The position numbers were made by a program, and so were the translations under genes. From Flavobacteriaceae bacterium (GTDB lineage Bacteria; Bacteroidota; Bacteroidia; Flavobacteriales; Flavobacteriaceae): a stretch of 64,000 nt of DNA. The stretch spans positions 16,025 through 80,024 of the forward strand of contig JAQWSK010000013.1 in the NCBI GenBank assembly GCA_029243245.1, read 5' to 3'. How positions within the stretch are numbered: position 1 is the stretch's first letter; each line of letters opens with the position of its first letter. Below the pieces are notes generated by a model. The model did no database searches and was not told where the DNA came from. It saw nothing but the letters and a program-made list of their open reading frames with translations. Shown here piece by piece: positions 15,981-25,831 of the stretch.

Positions 15981-17342
15981 ATGCATATAAAAAATATTTG
16001 TTGTATTGGAGCTGGATATGTAGGGGGGCCAACTATGGCAGTAATCGCTTTAAAGTGCCCTGACATTAAAGTGACAGTTGTTGATTTAAATAAAGAACGA
16101 ATTGCAGAATGGAACGGTCCTTTGGAAAACCTTCCTGTATTTGAACCCGGTTTACAGGAGGTGGTTAAAGAAGCTAGAGGACGAAATCTATTTTTCTCAA
16201 CAGAAGTAAATAAATTCATTAATGAGGCGGAAATGATTTTTATGGCCGTAAATACGCCAACTAAAACTGAGGGTGAGGGTGCAGGTATGGCTGCAGATCT
16301 TCGACATGTTGAGGCCTGTGCTAAAATGATTGCTAAGGTCGCCAAAACAGGTAAGATTGTTGTTGAAAAATCGACCTTACCAGTTCGAACAGCAGAAAAA
16401 ATAAAAGAAATATTAAATATCGAGGGGAACGGAATTCATTTCGAAATTTTATCAAACCCTGAATTCTTAGCTGAAGGAACAGCCATTAATGACCTTTTTA
16501 AATCAGATCGAGTATTAATTGGCGGGGATGACACTTTAAAAGGAAAAGAGGCTGTAAACGCCCTAGTTGATATTTATTCAAACTGGATTCCTAGAGAAAA
16601 AATATTAACAACAAATGTTTGGTCGTCTGAACTTGCAAAATTAGCTTCCAATGCCATGCTAGCACAAAGAATATCTTCCATTAATAGTCTTTCAGCACTT
16701 TGCGAAAAAACAGGAGCAGATATTGATGAGCTATCAAAAGCCGTTGGGATGGACCACAGAATTGGTTCTCATTTTTTAAAGGCTTCTGTTGGATTTGGAG
16801 GAAGTTGTTTTCAAAAGGATATTTTAAATTTGGTATATCTATGTCGTCATTACGGATTAGATGAAGTTGCACAATATTGGTATCAGGTAGTCAAAATTAA
16901 TGACTATCAAAAAAATCGTTTTGCTCAAAAGATTATTGATGGTTTAGGAGGAGGCGTAAAAGATAAAAGGATTGCTATTCTAGGATGGGCGTTTAAAGCA
17001 AACACGAATGATAGTAGGGAGAGCCCTGCCATCTATGTGGTTTTAAGATTACTAGAGTTAGGCGCTATTCTGCAGATCTATGACCCAATGGTTTCAGAAA
17101 AAAGAATTAAGGATGATTTAAAAAGACTATATAAAGATCAAAAGAAAGCAAACTCAAATATAGAATTTATCTTAGAAAAAGTCACTGTTTTCGAGAATAT
17201 TGAAGAGACTATTAATAATTCTAAAGCTATAGGGGTTTTAACAGATTGGGAGGAATTCAAATATATAAAATGGCCATCACAACTTTTAGTTTTTGATGGA
17301 AGAAATATTATTGAAAACGCATTCTATTCAATTGGAAAATAA
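15981..17342 (+). CDS. ugd: UDP-glucose 6-dehydrogenase (eukaryote-like long form)
   Basis: ICCIGAGYVGGPTMAVIALKCPDIKVTVVD and the catalytic-Cys region GFGGSCFQKDI. The N-terminus is very similar to animal UGDH. Confidence 0.9.
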   Translation: MHIKNICCIGAGYVGGPTMAVIALKCPDIKVTVVDLNKERIAEWNGPLENLPVFEPGLQEVVKEARGRNLFFSTEVNKFINEAEMIFMAVNTPTKTEGEGAGMAADLRHVEACAKMIAKVAKTGKIVVEKSTLPVRTAEKIKEILNIEGNGIHFEILSNPEFLAEGTAINDLFKSDRVLIGGDDTLKGKEAVNALVDIYSNWIPREKILTTNVWSSELAKLASNAMLAQRISSINSLSALCEKTGADIDELSKAVGMDHRIGSHFLKASVGFGGSCFQKDILNLVYLCRHYGLDEVAQYWYQVVKINDYQKNRFAQKIIDGLGGGVKDKRIAILGWAFKANTNDSRESPAIYVVLRLLELGAILQIYDPMVSEKRIKDDLKRLYKDQKKANSNIEFILEKVTVFENIEETINNSKAIGVLTDWEEFKYIKWPSQLLVFDGRNIIENAFYSIGK

Positions 17343-19064
17343 ATGAAAAATATTTTTTTTAAATTAAATTTCATTATTACTAGTAAAAGAAGATTACAAC
17401 TTCTTGTATTGATTTTTCTTTTACTAGTAGGAATAATTTTAGAAATTTTTGGAATTACAATGATTCTTCCAATTATTGGTTTTATATCTGATGAAAAAGT
17501 ATTTGAAAATTATCCAAAATTAATTAACTTTTTGAATAACCTTAATCTAAATAGCAGTATAAGTATCCAAATATTTTTATTGATAACCTTAGGAGTTGTT
17601 TATTTTATAAAAACCTTTTTTCTTATTGTATTAAGTTTTTTTCAAAACAAATTTATTTATGTTACAATCAGAGATTTACATAATTCTCTTTTTAAATCAT
17701 ACATAAACCAACCATATGAAACTTTTCATAAAAAAAATTCTTCTGATTATATAAAAGTCCTTCAAACTGAAACAGGCTATTTTACTACATATTTAGGTGC
17801 AATTATTAATCTAATTACTGAGTCAGCACTTTCATTAGCTGTTTTGTTAGTGTTAATTTATATTGAGCCTATTGGTGCATTTACTTTAGTCACTTTTTTC
17901 TTAATAGTATCATATTCTTTTTATCAATTAACAAGAGGCAAATTAAAAATTTGGGGAACTTCAAGAGAAAAGTTAGACAGAAATATTTCTCAAATTATTC
18001 ACGAAGGGTTTAGTAACATAAGAGAAATAAAAATTTTTGATACAAGTACTTATTTTTTAAACAAATTAAAAAACAATAATTTTCTTAAAGCTAAAATTAC
18101 TTATTTACAGACAACACTAATTCAATCTCCAAGATTTTTTTTAGAATTAGTTTCAGTTATTGGATTAATCTTATTCATATTATCTTTAATTTTTCAAGAA
18201 TCAGATTTAAATAAACTTATTTCTACACTCGGAGTATTCGTTGCAGGATCTTTTAGAATATTACCATCTTTAAATAGAATTATTACTTCAAGACAATATT
18301 TAAAATATTATGACAACATTTTAGATGTTATATATAATGAACTACATGGAGCAAATGATAATTTAAAAGAAGAATTACCTCCCATTAGATTTAATGAAAA
18401 AATTCATTTTTCTAATATTTCATTTAAATATCTAGGAACTGAAAAAAATGTTCTAGAGAACATTAACATGGAAATTAAAAAAGGGTCGTTAGTAGGAGTA
18501 ATTGGTGATTCAGGCTCTGGTAAAAGCACATTAATAGATATTTTATCAGGACTCTTAAAACTTCAGGGTGGAGAGATAAGAATTGATAATAAAAAACTAG
18601 ATTTTGACAACTATAGTCTTTCAAGAATTATCGGCTATGTAAGTCAGAGAACAAATTTATTAGATAGTACAATTATTGAAAACATAGCTTTTGGTGATAT
18701 AGATCCCAATATAGAAGAAGTTAAAAACTCTTTAATAGATTCTCAACTCATGGAGTTTATAAACACATTACCTAATGGAATATATACAAAAATTGGAGAG
18801 AATGGTGTAAATTTTTCTGGTGGACAAATACAACGAATTTCAATTGCTAGAGCATTATATAGAAAGCCTCAAATTTTAATTTTTGACGAAGCAACTAGTG
18901 CTTTGGATAGTAATACAGAAAGAAAACTTATTGAATCAATAGGTAAATTAAAAGGTAAAATGACAATTATTATGATAGCACATAGACTTACTTCCTTAAG
19001 TAAATGTGATTACGTTTATGAACTTAAAAAATCTAACATTATTCTTAAAAACAATATAAAATGA
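17343..19064 (+). CDS. ABC half-transporter (fused TMD-NBD exporter, MsbA/PglK-like)
   Basis: Six N-terminal TM segments, then Walker A GDSGSGKSTL, signature FSGGQIQRISIARAL and Walker B ILIFDEATSALD. Confidence 0.85.
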   Translation: MKNIFFKLNFIITSKRRLQLLVLIFLLLVGIILEIFGITMILPIIGFISDEKVFENYPKLINFLNNLNLNSSISIQIFLLITLGVVYFIKTFFLIVLSFFQNKFIYVTIRDLHNSLFKSYINQPYETFHKKNSSDYIKVLQTETGYFTTYLGAIINLITESALSLAVLLVLIYIEPIGAFTLVTFFLIVSYSFYQLTRGKLKIWGTSREKLDRNISQIIHEGFSNIREIKIFDTSTYFLNKLKNNNFLKAKITYLQTTLIQSPRFFLELVSVIGLILFILSLIFQESDLNKLISTLGVFVAGSFRILPSLNRIITSRQYLKYYDNILDVIYNELHGANDNLKEELPPIRFNEKIHFSNISFKYLGTEKNVLENINMEIKKGSLVGVIGDSGSGKSTLIDILSGLLKLQGGEIRIDNKKLDFDNYSLSRIIGYVSQRTNLLDSTIIENIAFGDIDPNIEEVKNSLIDSQLMEFINTLPNGIYTKIGENGVNFSGGQIQRISIARALYRKPQILIFDEATSALDSNTERKLIESIGKLKGKMTIIMIAHRLTSLSKCDYVYELKKSNIILKNNIK

Positions 19065-19834
19065 AAGTTGTAATTCTTGCAGGGGGACTAGGCACACGTT
19101 TATCAGAAGAAACAGATGTAAAACCAAAGCCAATGGTCGAAATAGGTGGTATGCCAATTATTTGGCATATTATGAAAATATACTCATATTATGGATATAA
19201 TGATTTTTTGATTTGTTTGGGATATAAGGGTTATGTTATAAAAGAATTTTTTGCAAATTATTTTCTACATAGAACAGATGTCACCATAGACCTTAAAGCA
19301 AATCAAATTTTAGAACATAGCACTGATACAGAACCTTGGAAAATAACCTTGGTTGACACAGGAAAAGATTCTATGACAGGAGGAAGAATAAAAAGAATCC
19401 AAAAACATATTGGAAAAGCTACTTTCATGTTAACCTATGGTGATGGTGTTAGTAATGTAAACATCAATGAATTAATTGCCCAACATAACAATAATGATTC
19501 AGCCTGTACGATCACTTCGGTTCAACCTCCAGCCCGATTTGGAGCCCTCCTGATTGACTCACAAAATAAGATCAATTCATTCCATGAAAAGCCTAAAGGG
19601 GATGGCGTATGGATCAATGGTGGTTTTATGGTTTGTGAACCAGAAGTGTTTGATTATATTGAAAATGACGCTACAAATTGGGAACAATATTCTTTACCAA
19701 AATTAGCTGAAGAAGGAAAACTTTCGTCTTATAAGCATTCAGGTTTTTGGAGACCAATGGACACCTTACAAGATAAATATAAGCTGAACGATCTTTGGAA
19801 ATCGAATAATCCTCAATGGAAACTATGGGATTGA
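19061..19834 (+). CDS. rfbF: Glucose-1-phosphate cytidylyltransferase
   Basis: VILAGGLGTRLSEETDVKPKPMVEIGGMPIIWHIMK, 257 aa. ATGA overlap with the ABC gene. Confidence 0.9.
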   Translation: MKVVILAGGLGTRLSEETDVKPKPMVEIGGMPIIWHIMKIYSYYGYNDFLICLGYKGYVIKEFFANYFLHRTDVTIDLKANQILEHSTDTEPWKITLVDTGKDSMTGGRIKRIQKHIGKATFMLTYGDGVSNVNINELIAQHNNNDSACTITSVQPPARFGALLIDSQNKINSFHEKPKGDGVWINGGFMVCEPEVFDYIENDATNWEQYSLPKLAEEGKLSSYKHSGFWRPMDTLQDKYKLNDLWKSNNPQWKLWD

Positions 19835-20886
19835 TAAATGCTTTAAATCAATTTAAGAATAAAAAAATTTTTATTACCGGTCATACTGGTTTTAAAGGCT
19901 CTTGGTTGACCTTTCTTTTAGATCATTATGGAGCTATTACCAGAGGATATGCCCTTAAACCTAAAACAAACCCTTCTCTTTATTTAAAACTTACTTTCAG
20001 CAAGAAACATTCATCTATTTATGCAGACATCAATGATTTTAATAGATTACAAAAAGAAGTTATATCTTTTAAACCAGATTTTATTTTTCATCTAGCAGCA
20101 CAGCCTATTGTATTGCAATCCTATGAAGATCCAAGAACAACGTTTAACACTAATTTTAACGGGACCTTAAACCTTTTAGAGGTTTTAAGGAACGGAGCAC
20201 TTTCTTGTACAGCAATTTTTATAACAACGGATAAAGTTTATGAAAACAAAGAATTAAATATTGCTTTTTCTGAAGAAGATAAATTGGGAGGAAATGATCC
20301 TTATAGCGCTAGTAAAGCTGCTTGTGAGATATTAATTCACTCTTATCAAAGATCATTTTTTAAAGATTCAAAAATAAATATTGCTAGTGTTCGTGCTGGT
20401 AATGTAATAGGTGGAGGAGATTGGTCTGAAAACAGATTGATACCTGATATTATTCATTCTGTTTTTAATAAAAAGCCCTTAGAAATCAGAAACCTAAAGG
20501 CGACAAGACCTTGGCAGCATGTTTTAGAGCCTTTATACGGTTATTTGATGTTAGCAACAGCTTTATCAAAAAACCCATCAATCTATTCAACAGCATGGAA
20601 TTTTGGACCAGAAATTGAGGATGTTAAGACTGTAAAAGAAATTATTCAGATTGCAAAAACTTTTGATTTTCAAATAAAAATGCAAAGTGTTAAAAATGTT
20701 AAAAAACAAGAAGCAAAATACTTATCCTTAAACATTGATAAAGTAAAACAAAAATTAAATTGGAATCCTAAGTGGAATTCTGAATTAGCCATTCAGAAGA
20801 CTCTAAATTGGTATCAAAAATTTTATCAAGGTGAAACCGCAAATAAACTTATTGAAGAAAATTTAAAAATGTATAATAATATTTAA
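19816..20886 (+). CDS. rfbG: CDP-glucose 4,6-dehydratase
   Basis: SDR Rossmann motif KIFITGHTGFKGSWL and YxxxK in YSASKAACE. Length and position after rfbF fit. The start may be Met4 (19825). Confidence 0.85.
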   Translation: METMGLINALNQFKNKKIFITGHTGFKGSWLTFLLDHYGAITRGYALKPKTNPSLYLKLTFSKKHSSIYADINDFNRLQKEVISFKPDFIFHLAAQPIVLQSYEDPRTTFNTNFNGTLNLLEVLRNGALSCTAIFITTDKVYENKELNIAFSEEDKLGGNDPYSASKAACEILIHSYQRSFFKDSKINIASVRAGNVIGGGDWSENRLIPDIIHSVFNKKPLEIRNLKATRPWQHVLEPLYGYLMLATALSKNPSIYSTAWNFGPEIEDVKTVKEIIQIAKTFDFQIKMQSVKNVKKQEAKYLSLNIDKVKQKLNWNPKWNSELAIQKTLNWYQKFYQGETANKLIEENLKMYNNI

Positions 20887-22196
20887 TGAAAGAATTTAAA
20901 AATATAAACGAAACACTTAGAAATTCCTTAGAAGAAGTCATTAAAAATAATGTGTCTAAAAAGATCAAACCGGGAGAAGACTATATATCAGTTACTGGAA
21001 AAATGATCGATTCAAATGATATTCTATATGGCGTAGATGCAACTCTTGATGGTTGGTTAACAACGGGAAGATATGCCAAGCAATTTGAAACAAAATTAGC
21101 TACCTATATTGGGGCTAAAAAATCCATTTTGGTAAACTCAGGCTCCTCTGCAAATCTGGTTGCTTTTTATACTTTAACATCTCCTTCGTTAGGAAAAAGA
21201 GCTATACAAAAAGGCGATGAGGTGATTACTGTTGCAGCTGGTTTTCCAACCACTATAAATCCGCTAATTCAATATGGATGTGTGCCTGTTTTTGTTGATA
21301 TAGAAATTCCTACTTATAATATTGACGTGAATCAAATAGAAGCTGCTATATCACCGAAGACAAAAGCTATTATGATTGCCCATTCATTGGGAAACCCTTT
21401 TAATCTCAGAGTGGTTAAAGAAATTACAGATAAATATAAGTTATGGCTTATTGAGGACGATTGTGATTCTTTAGGCGCAACCTATGATGGAAATAAAACA
21501 GGATCTTTTGGTGATGCTGCAACCGTATCTTTTTATCCCGCACATCATATTACAATGGGAGAAGGAGGAGCAGTTTTAATTAACAACAGAAAATTACAAA
21601 TGCCTGCATTAAGTTTAAGAGACTGGGGAAGAGCTTGTTATTGTGATACCGGTTGTGATAATACGTGTAACAAACGATTTGATTGGCAGCTGGGAGACCT
21701 ACCTCAAGGCTATGATCATAAATATATCTATTCTCATATAGGATTTAATTTAAAAGTCACCGATACACAAGCTGCTATTGGCTTGAATCAATTGTCTAAA
21801 GTGGATCATTTCGTTCAAAAACGAAGAGAAAATCACAAAATTCTTAAAGAACTTTTCAAGTCGTTAGAAGAGCATTTTATTCTTCCTGAACCTACTCCCA
21901 ACAGTAACCCTAGTTGGTTTGGATTTATGTTAACTGTAAGAGATCCAAAATATATTGATCGGAATAAATTGGTACGTTACTTGGAGAACCAAAAAATTGG
22001 CACACGTTTATTTTTTGGAGGAAATATCCTCAAGCAACCTGCTTATAAAAATATTTCAAAAAGACTAATTGGAGAATTAATTAATTCAGATAAGGCAATG
22101 AATGATTCATTCTGGATTGGAGTTTGGCCTGGAATAGAAAAGATTCATCTAGAGTATATAAAAAACAAATTAGATAAATATATTTCAAACATATGA
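20886..22196 (+). CDS. rfbH: CDP-6-deoxy-L-threo-D-glycero-4-hexulose 3-dehydrase (E1, RfbH/DdhC type)
   Basis: DegT-fold protein in which the Schiff-base Lys is replaced by His (SFYPAHHITMGEGG), plus Cys cluster RACYCDTGCDNTC. Both are E1 hallmarks. Confidence 0.85.
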   Translation: MKEFKNINETLRNSLEEVIKNNVSKKIKPGEDYISVTGKMIDSNDILYGVDATLDGWLTTGRYAKQFETKLATYIGAKKSILVNSGSSANLVAFYTLTSPSLGKRAIQKGDEVITVAAGFPTTINPLIQYGCVPVFVDIEIPTYNIDVNQIEAAISPKTKAIMIAHSLGNPFNLRVVKEITDKYKLWLIEDDCDSLGATYDGNKTGSFGDAATVSFYPAHHITMGEGGAVLINNRKLQMPALSLRDWGRACYCDTGCDNTCNKRFDWQLGDLPQGYDHKYIYSHIGFNLKVTDTQAAIGLNQLSKVDHFVQKRRENHKILKELFKSLEEHFILPEPTPNSNPSWFGFMLTVRDPKYIDRNKLVRYLENQKIGTRLFFGGNILKQPAYKNISKRLIGELINSDKAMNDSFWIGVWPGIEKIHLEYIKNKLDKYISNI

Positions 22197-23983
22197 AAAC
22201 AAAAGTAAGCGATGTTATTGCTAGGTTTCTAAAAGAAAAAAAAATTGAAGTAGTTTTTGGAATTATTGGGTCTGCAAATTCTCACATATTTGATTCAATA
22301 AATAACTTGGGTTTTACTCAGATTGTTAACACACACCATGAGCAGGTTGCTGTAATGGCAGCCGGAGCATATTTTAGATCATCTGGAAAACTTTCGGCAG
22401 CAATTGTGACTGCTGGGGCAGGAGCAAGTAATGCGATAACAGGGGTAATTAGTAATTGGGCAGATTCAACTCCATGTTTAATAATTTCAGGTCAAGAACC
22501 TATACGATATGTTAAAAAAAATGAATCTTTAAGAATGTATGGGACACAAGGATTTAACATTATAAAGATGATTAAAGATGTTGTTAAATACGGTGTTTCA
22601 ATTGCGGATCCAAAAGAGATCTATACAGAATTAAGTAAAATTTACAGGCATACAACCGAAGGAAGACCAGGACCATGTTGGGTAGATATTCCTTTTGATA
22701 TTCAAGGAAGATTTGTTGAAGATATTGATTTTCCTGTTTTTGAAGAAATTAATACTGAGTCATTTATGGATGAGGCTAAATCTGTAATTGAATCTTTAAA
22801 AAAAAGCAAAAGACCAGTAATATTGGGAGGGAATGGGATTAAACTATCTAACGGAAAATCAGAATTTCAAAAATTTACTAGTGCTATTAAAGCTCCTACT
22901 CTATTGACTTGGTCTGGAATAGATTTGTTAAATGATGACAATCCAGAATTTTTTGGAAGGTTTGGCATTTATGGTCAGCGATGTGCAAATTTTATTATAC
23001 AGAACTCTGATCTAGTTTTGGTCTTTGGAAGTCGTTTAGCTCTCCCTCAAATTGGTTATGATATTGGCCAGTTTGCAAGAAGCGCTAAAATAATTATAAT
23101 TGATATTGATGAGACAGAAGGTAATAAGTATGATGTTCATAAATTTATAGAAGCTGATTGTAAAACATTTTTAAATGATTTAAATACCTTGATAACGGGA
23201 ATGCTATTTGACTTTTCAAAATGGACAGAATATTGTTCAAAGTTAAAAATAGAATTTCCATTGATTGGAAAAGAACATGAAACAAAAGGTTATGAAAACT
23301 CCTACAAGTTTATAGACACTTTTTCTGATCTTTTAGGAAATGATGACATCATTGTTACTGATATGGGAACTGCTTTGCTCAGTGGTCACCAAGCAATAAA
23401 GCTGAAGTCAAATCAAATAATGTTTACTTCGCTTGGCCTTGGCGAAATGGGTTATGGATTAGCGGGAGCTATTGGAGCTAGTTTTGCGTGTCCAAGCCGT
23501 CAAGTGATTTGTTTGAATTGTGATGGTGGAATTATGATGAACCTTCAAGAACTACATACAATTGTTGAAAATAAACTTAAAATCAAAATTGTCATATTTA
23601 ATAATGATGGATATTTAATGATCAAACATACACAAAAAATGTTGTTCAAAGGAAATTATAATAGTGTTAATAAAAACACAGGGATAGGGCTTCCAAATTT
23701 TGAAAAATTATTACCCGCTTTCGGATATAACTACTATTGTTTTGACGAAAATGCTAGAGAGAATTCAATTACAGCATTTTTGGAAGATCCCAATCAGTCT
23801 GTTTTAGAGGTGTTTATGCATCCAGAACAGGGATTCTTACCTAAAGTTAAAGGAGTTTTAAATAACGATAACACTATTTTATCTCCTCCTTTAGAAGAAA
23901 TGTCACCAATTATACCCTTAGATCTTCTCAAAGAGAAGATGTTAATTGAATTAGATGATAAATCATATAAAATAAAAAGATGA
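22193..23983 (+). CDS. Thiamine-diphosphate-dependent enzyme, acetolactate-synthase large-subunit-like (YerE-like candidate)
   Basis: 596 aa. ThDP-binding motif region GLGEMGYGLAGAIGAS...CLNCDGGIMMNLQEL...IFNNDGY. ATGA overlaps at both ends. Confidence 0.8.
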   Translation: MKTKVSDVIARFLKEKKIEVVFGIIGSANSHIFDSINNLGFTQIVNTHHEQVAVMAAGAYFRSSGKLSAAIVTAGAGASNAITGVISNWADSTPCLIISGQEPIRYVKKNESLRMYGTQGFNIIKMIKDVVKYGVSIADPKEIYTELSKIYRHTTEGRPGPCWVDIPFDIQGRFVEDIDFPVFEEINTESFMDEAKSVIESLKKSKRPVILGGNGIKLSNGKSEFQKFTSAIKAPTLLTWSGIDLLNDDNPEFFGRFGIYGQRCANFIIQNSDLVLVFGSRLALPQIGYDIGQFARSAKIIIIDIDETEGNKYDVHKFIEADCKTFLNDLNTLITGMLFDFSKWTEYCSKLKIEFPLIGKEHETKGYENSYKFIDTFSDLLGNDDIIVTDMGTALLSGHQAIKLKSNQIMFTSLGLGEMGYGLAGAIGASFACPSRQVICLNCDGGIMMNLQELHTIVENKLKIKIVIFNNDGYLMIKHTQKMLFKGNYNSVNKNTGIGLPNFEKLLPAFGYNYYCFDENARENSITAFLEDPNQSVLEVFMHPEQGFLPKVKGVLNNDNTILSPPLEEMSPIIPLDLLKEKMLIELDDKSYKIKR

Positions 23984-24825
23984 TTAGGGCAGGAATTATT
24001 GGTACTGGAAATATAGGGACTGATTTGTTATTGAAATTAATAAAAACTGATTTTATAAATCTAGTAATATTTTCAGGCAGAAGATTAAATTCAAATGGCA
24101 TGAAAGTTGCCAAAAAAAATAACATCGAAATAACAGATACTGGAATTCAATTTTTCATTGATAATCCTAATTTTTGCGATGTGATATATGATTGTACAAA
24201 TGCGTTCGATGCTAAAAAACACGCTAGAATATTTGATAAACAGCAAATTAAAGTAATTGATTTAACCCCAGCTAAGGTTGGAGCTTTTAGCGTACCAAGT
24301 TTAAATATACCTATTAATGAAATGAATATAAATATGATAACATGTGGTGGTCAAGCATCAATTCCTTTATTACATTCAATCTCAAAACATTGTGATAAGT
24401 TATCTTATATTGAGGTTGTTTCACAAATTGCATCAGATAGTGCAGGTATGGCAACTAGACTTAATATTGATAATTATATAGAAACTACAGAGAATGCAAT
24501 TTTTCAATTTACCGGCACTGAAAAATGTAAAGTAATATTGAATTTGAACCCTGCTATACCACAAGTAGATATGCAAACAACAATGTTTGTTAAAGCCAAT
24601 AGTTTTGATTTTGAACCATTGGTAGGAAATATTTATGAAAAAATAATGGATCTCAGAAAATATATTTCTCATTATGAATTAGTTATGCCTCCCACTATAA
24701 ACAACAATATTTTGGTTTTAAGTGTAAGAGTTAAAGGAGCTGGTGATTACCTTCCCAAATATGCGGGGAATCTAGATATTATTAATTGTGCTGCTATTGA
24801 AGCGACAAAGAAAATGTATGAATGA
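23980..24825 (+). CDS. Acetaldehyde dehydrogenase (acylating), DmpF/MhpF family
   Basis: RAGIIGTGNIGTDLLLKL (NAD fold) and the catalytic-Cys motif MITCGGQASIPL. About 280 aa. Confidence 0.8.
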   Translation: MIRAGIIGTGNIGTDLLLKLIKTDFINLVIFSGRRLNSNGMKVAKKNNIEITDTGIQFFIDNPNFCDVIYDCTNAFDAKKHARIFDKQQIKVIDLTPAKVGAFSVPSLNIPINEMNINMITCGGQASIPLLHSISKHCDKLSYIEVVSQIASDSAGMATRLNIDNYIETTENAIFQFTGTEKCKVILNLNPAIPQVDMQTTMFVKANSFDFEPLVGNIYEKIMDLRKYISHYELVMPPTINNNILVLSVRVKGAGDYLPKYAGNLDIINCAAIEATKKMYE

Positions 24826-25831
24826 AATCATTATAACGGATTCTAGTCTAAGAGACGGAAACCATAGCGTAAAGCACCAAATTAGTTTAAAAAGCATCAA
24901 AAAGTATTGTCAATTTGCAGACAGTGCTAAAATACCAATTGTAGAGGTAGGACATGGTAACGGGTTAGGGGCTTCTTCAATACTTATTGGGGAATCTCCT
25001 TATTCGGATAAAGAAATATTATCTACAGCTCGAAAACATTTGATAAATTCAAAATTAGGTGTACATATTATTCCTGGCCTTGCTACAATAAGAAAAGATA
25101 TAGATCAAGCAATTGATTTAGGAGTAGATGTTTTTAGAGTTGCCTCTCATTGTACTGAAGCTACAATTACAAGGTCACACATTGAATATTTAAAAAAGAA
25201 TAACAAAACAGTCTTTGGAGTTTTAATGATGACTGCATTGACTGGTGTTAAAGAATTGGTTGTTAATGCTAAAATAATGGAAGATTATGGAGCAGAAGCA
25301 TTAATAATTATGGATTCAACAGGAACTTACCTCCCATATGATGTTGAAGAAAGAATCAGAGCTTTATCAGATAAATTATCAATTAAAATAGGTTTTCATG
25401 CACATAATAATTTGGGTATGTCTGTTTATAATTCAATAGTAGCCATTCAAAATGGGGCAACCTATATTGATGCATGCATAAGAGGATTCGGTGCTGGTGC
25501 TGGAAATACGCCGCTGGAAGTATTAGTCCCTGTAATGGAAAAATACAACTATCAATTAGACATTGATTTTAACTGTTTGATTAAAGAGGCAGACAATGTA
25601 ATGGAATATCTAATTCCAAGCACACCGCATATAAGCCCAGTAAATGTTCTTACAGGACTTAATCGTTTATTTTCTGGGTTTGAAAAACCAATAATACAAG
25701 CCTCTAAGATGAATAATTTGGAATATTCGTCTCTTATTTTTGAGTTGGGAAACCGAAAACTAGTTGCAGGTCAGGAAGATCTTATTCTTGAAATTGCTGA
25801 AAATTTTAAATCAGTAAGGAATAATGGTTAG
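24818..25831 (+). CDS. 4-hydroxy-2-oxovalerate aldolase-like (DmpG/MhpE, HMGL-like TIM barrel)
   Basis: IIITDSSLRDGNHSVKH and GFHAHNNLGMSV metal-binding motifs. I place the start at ATG 24818 (MNEIII), an 8-nt overlap with the dmpF-like gene, rather than the ORF-track start at 24788. Confidence 0.8.
   Translation: MNEIIITDSSLRDGNHSVKHQISLKSIKKYCQFADSAKIPIVEVGHGNGLGASSILIGESPYSDKEILSTARKHLINSKLGVHIIPGLATIRKDIDQAIDLGVDVFRVASHCTEATITRSHIEYLKKNNKTVFGVLMMTALTGVKELVVNAKIMEDYGAEALIIMDSTGTYLPYDVEERIRALSDKLSIKIGFHAHNNLGMSVYNSIVAIQNGATYIDACIRGFGAGAGNTPLEVLVPVMEKYNYQLDIDFNCLIKEADNVMEYLIPSTPHISPVNVLTGLNRLFSGFEKPIIQASKMNNLEYSSLIFELGNRKLVAGQEDLILEIAENFKSVRNNG

Noticed and set aside
15968-16345. 125-aa minus-strand ORF
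   Set aside because: It is antisense to ugd, which has unmistakable UGDH motifs. The product is low-complexity.
22193-25831. Either phosphonate biosynthesis (ThDP enzyme as phosphonopyruvate decarboxylase) or a genuine aromatic meta-cleavage catabolic operon (dmpFG)
   Set aside because: No PEP mutase is present, and the ThDP enzyme is ALS-sized (596 aa). No extradiol dioxygenase, hydrolase or hydratase genes are present. The genes are joined to rfbFGH and to aminotransferases by start/stop overlaps, so a biosynthetic role in the sugar pathway is more parsimonious.
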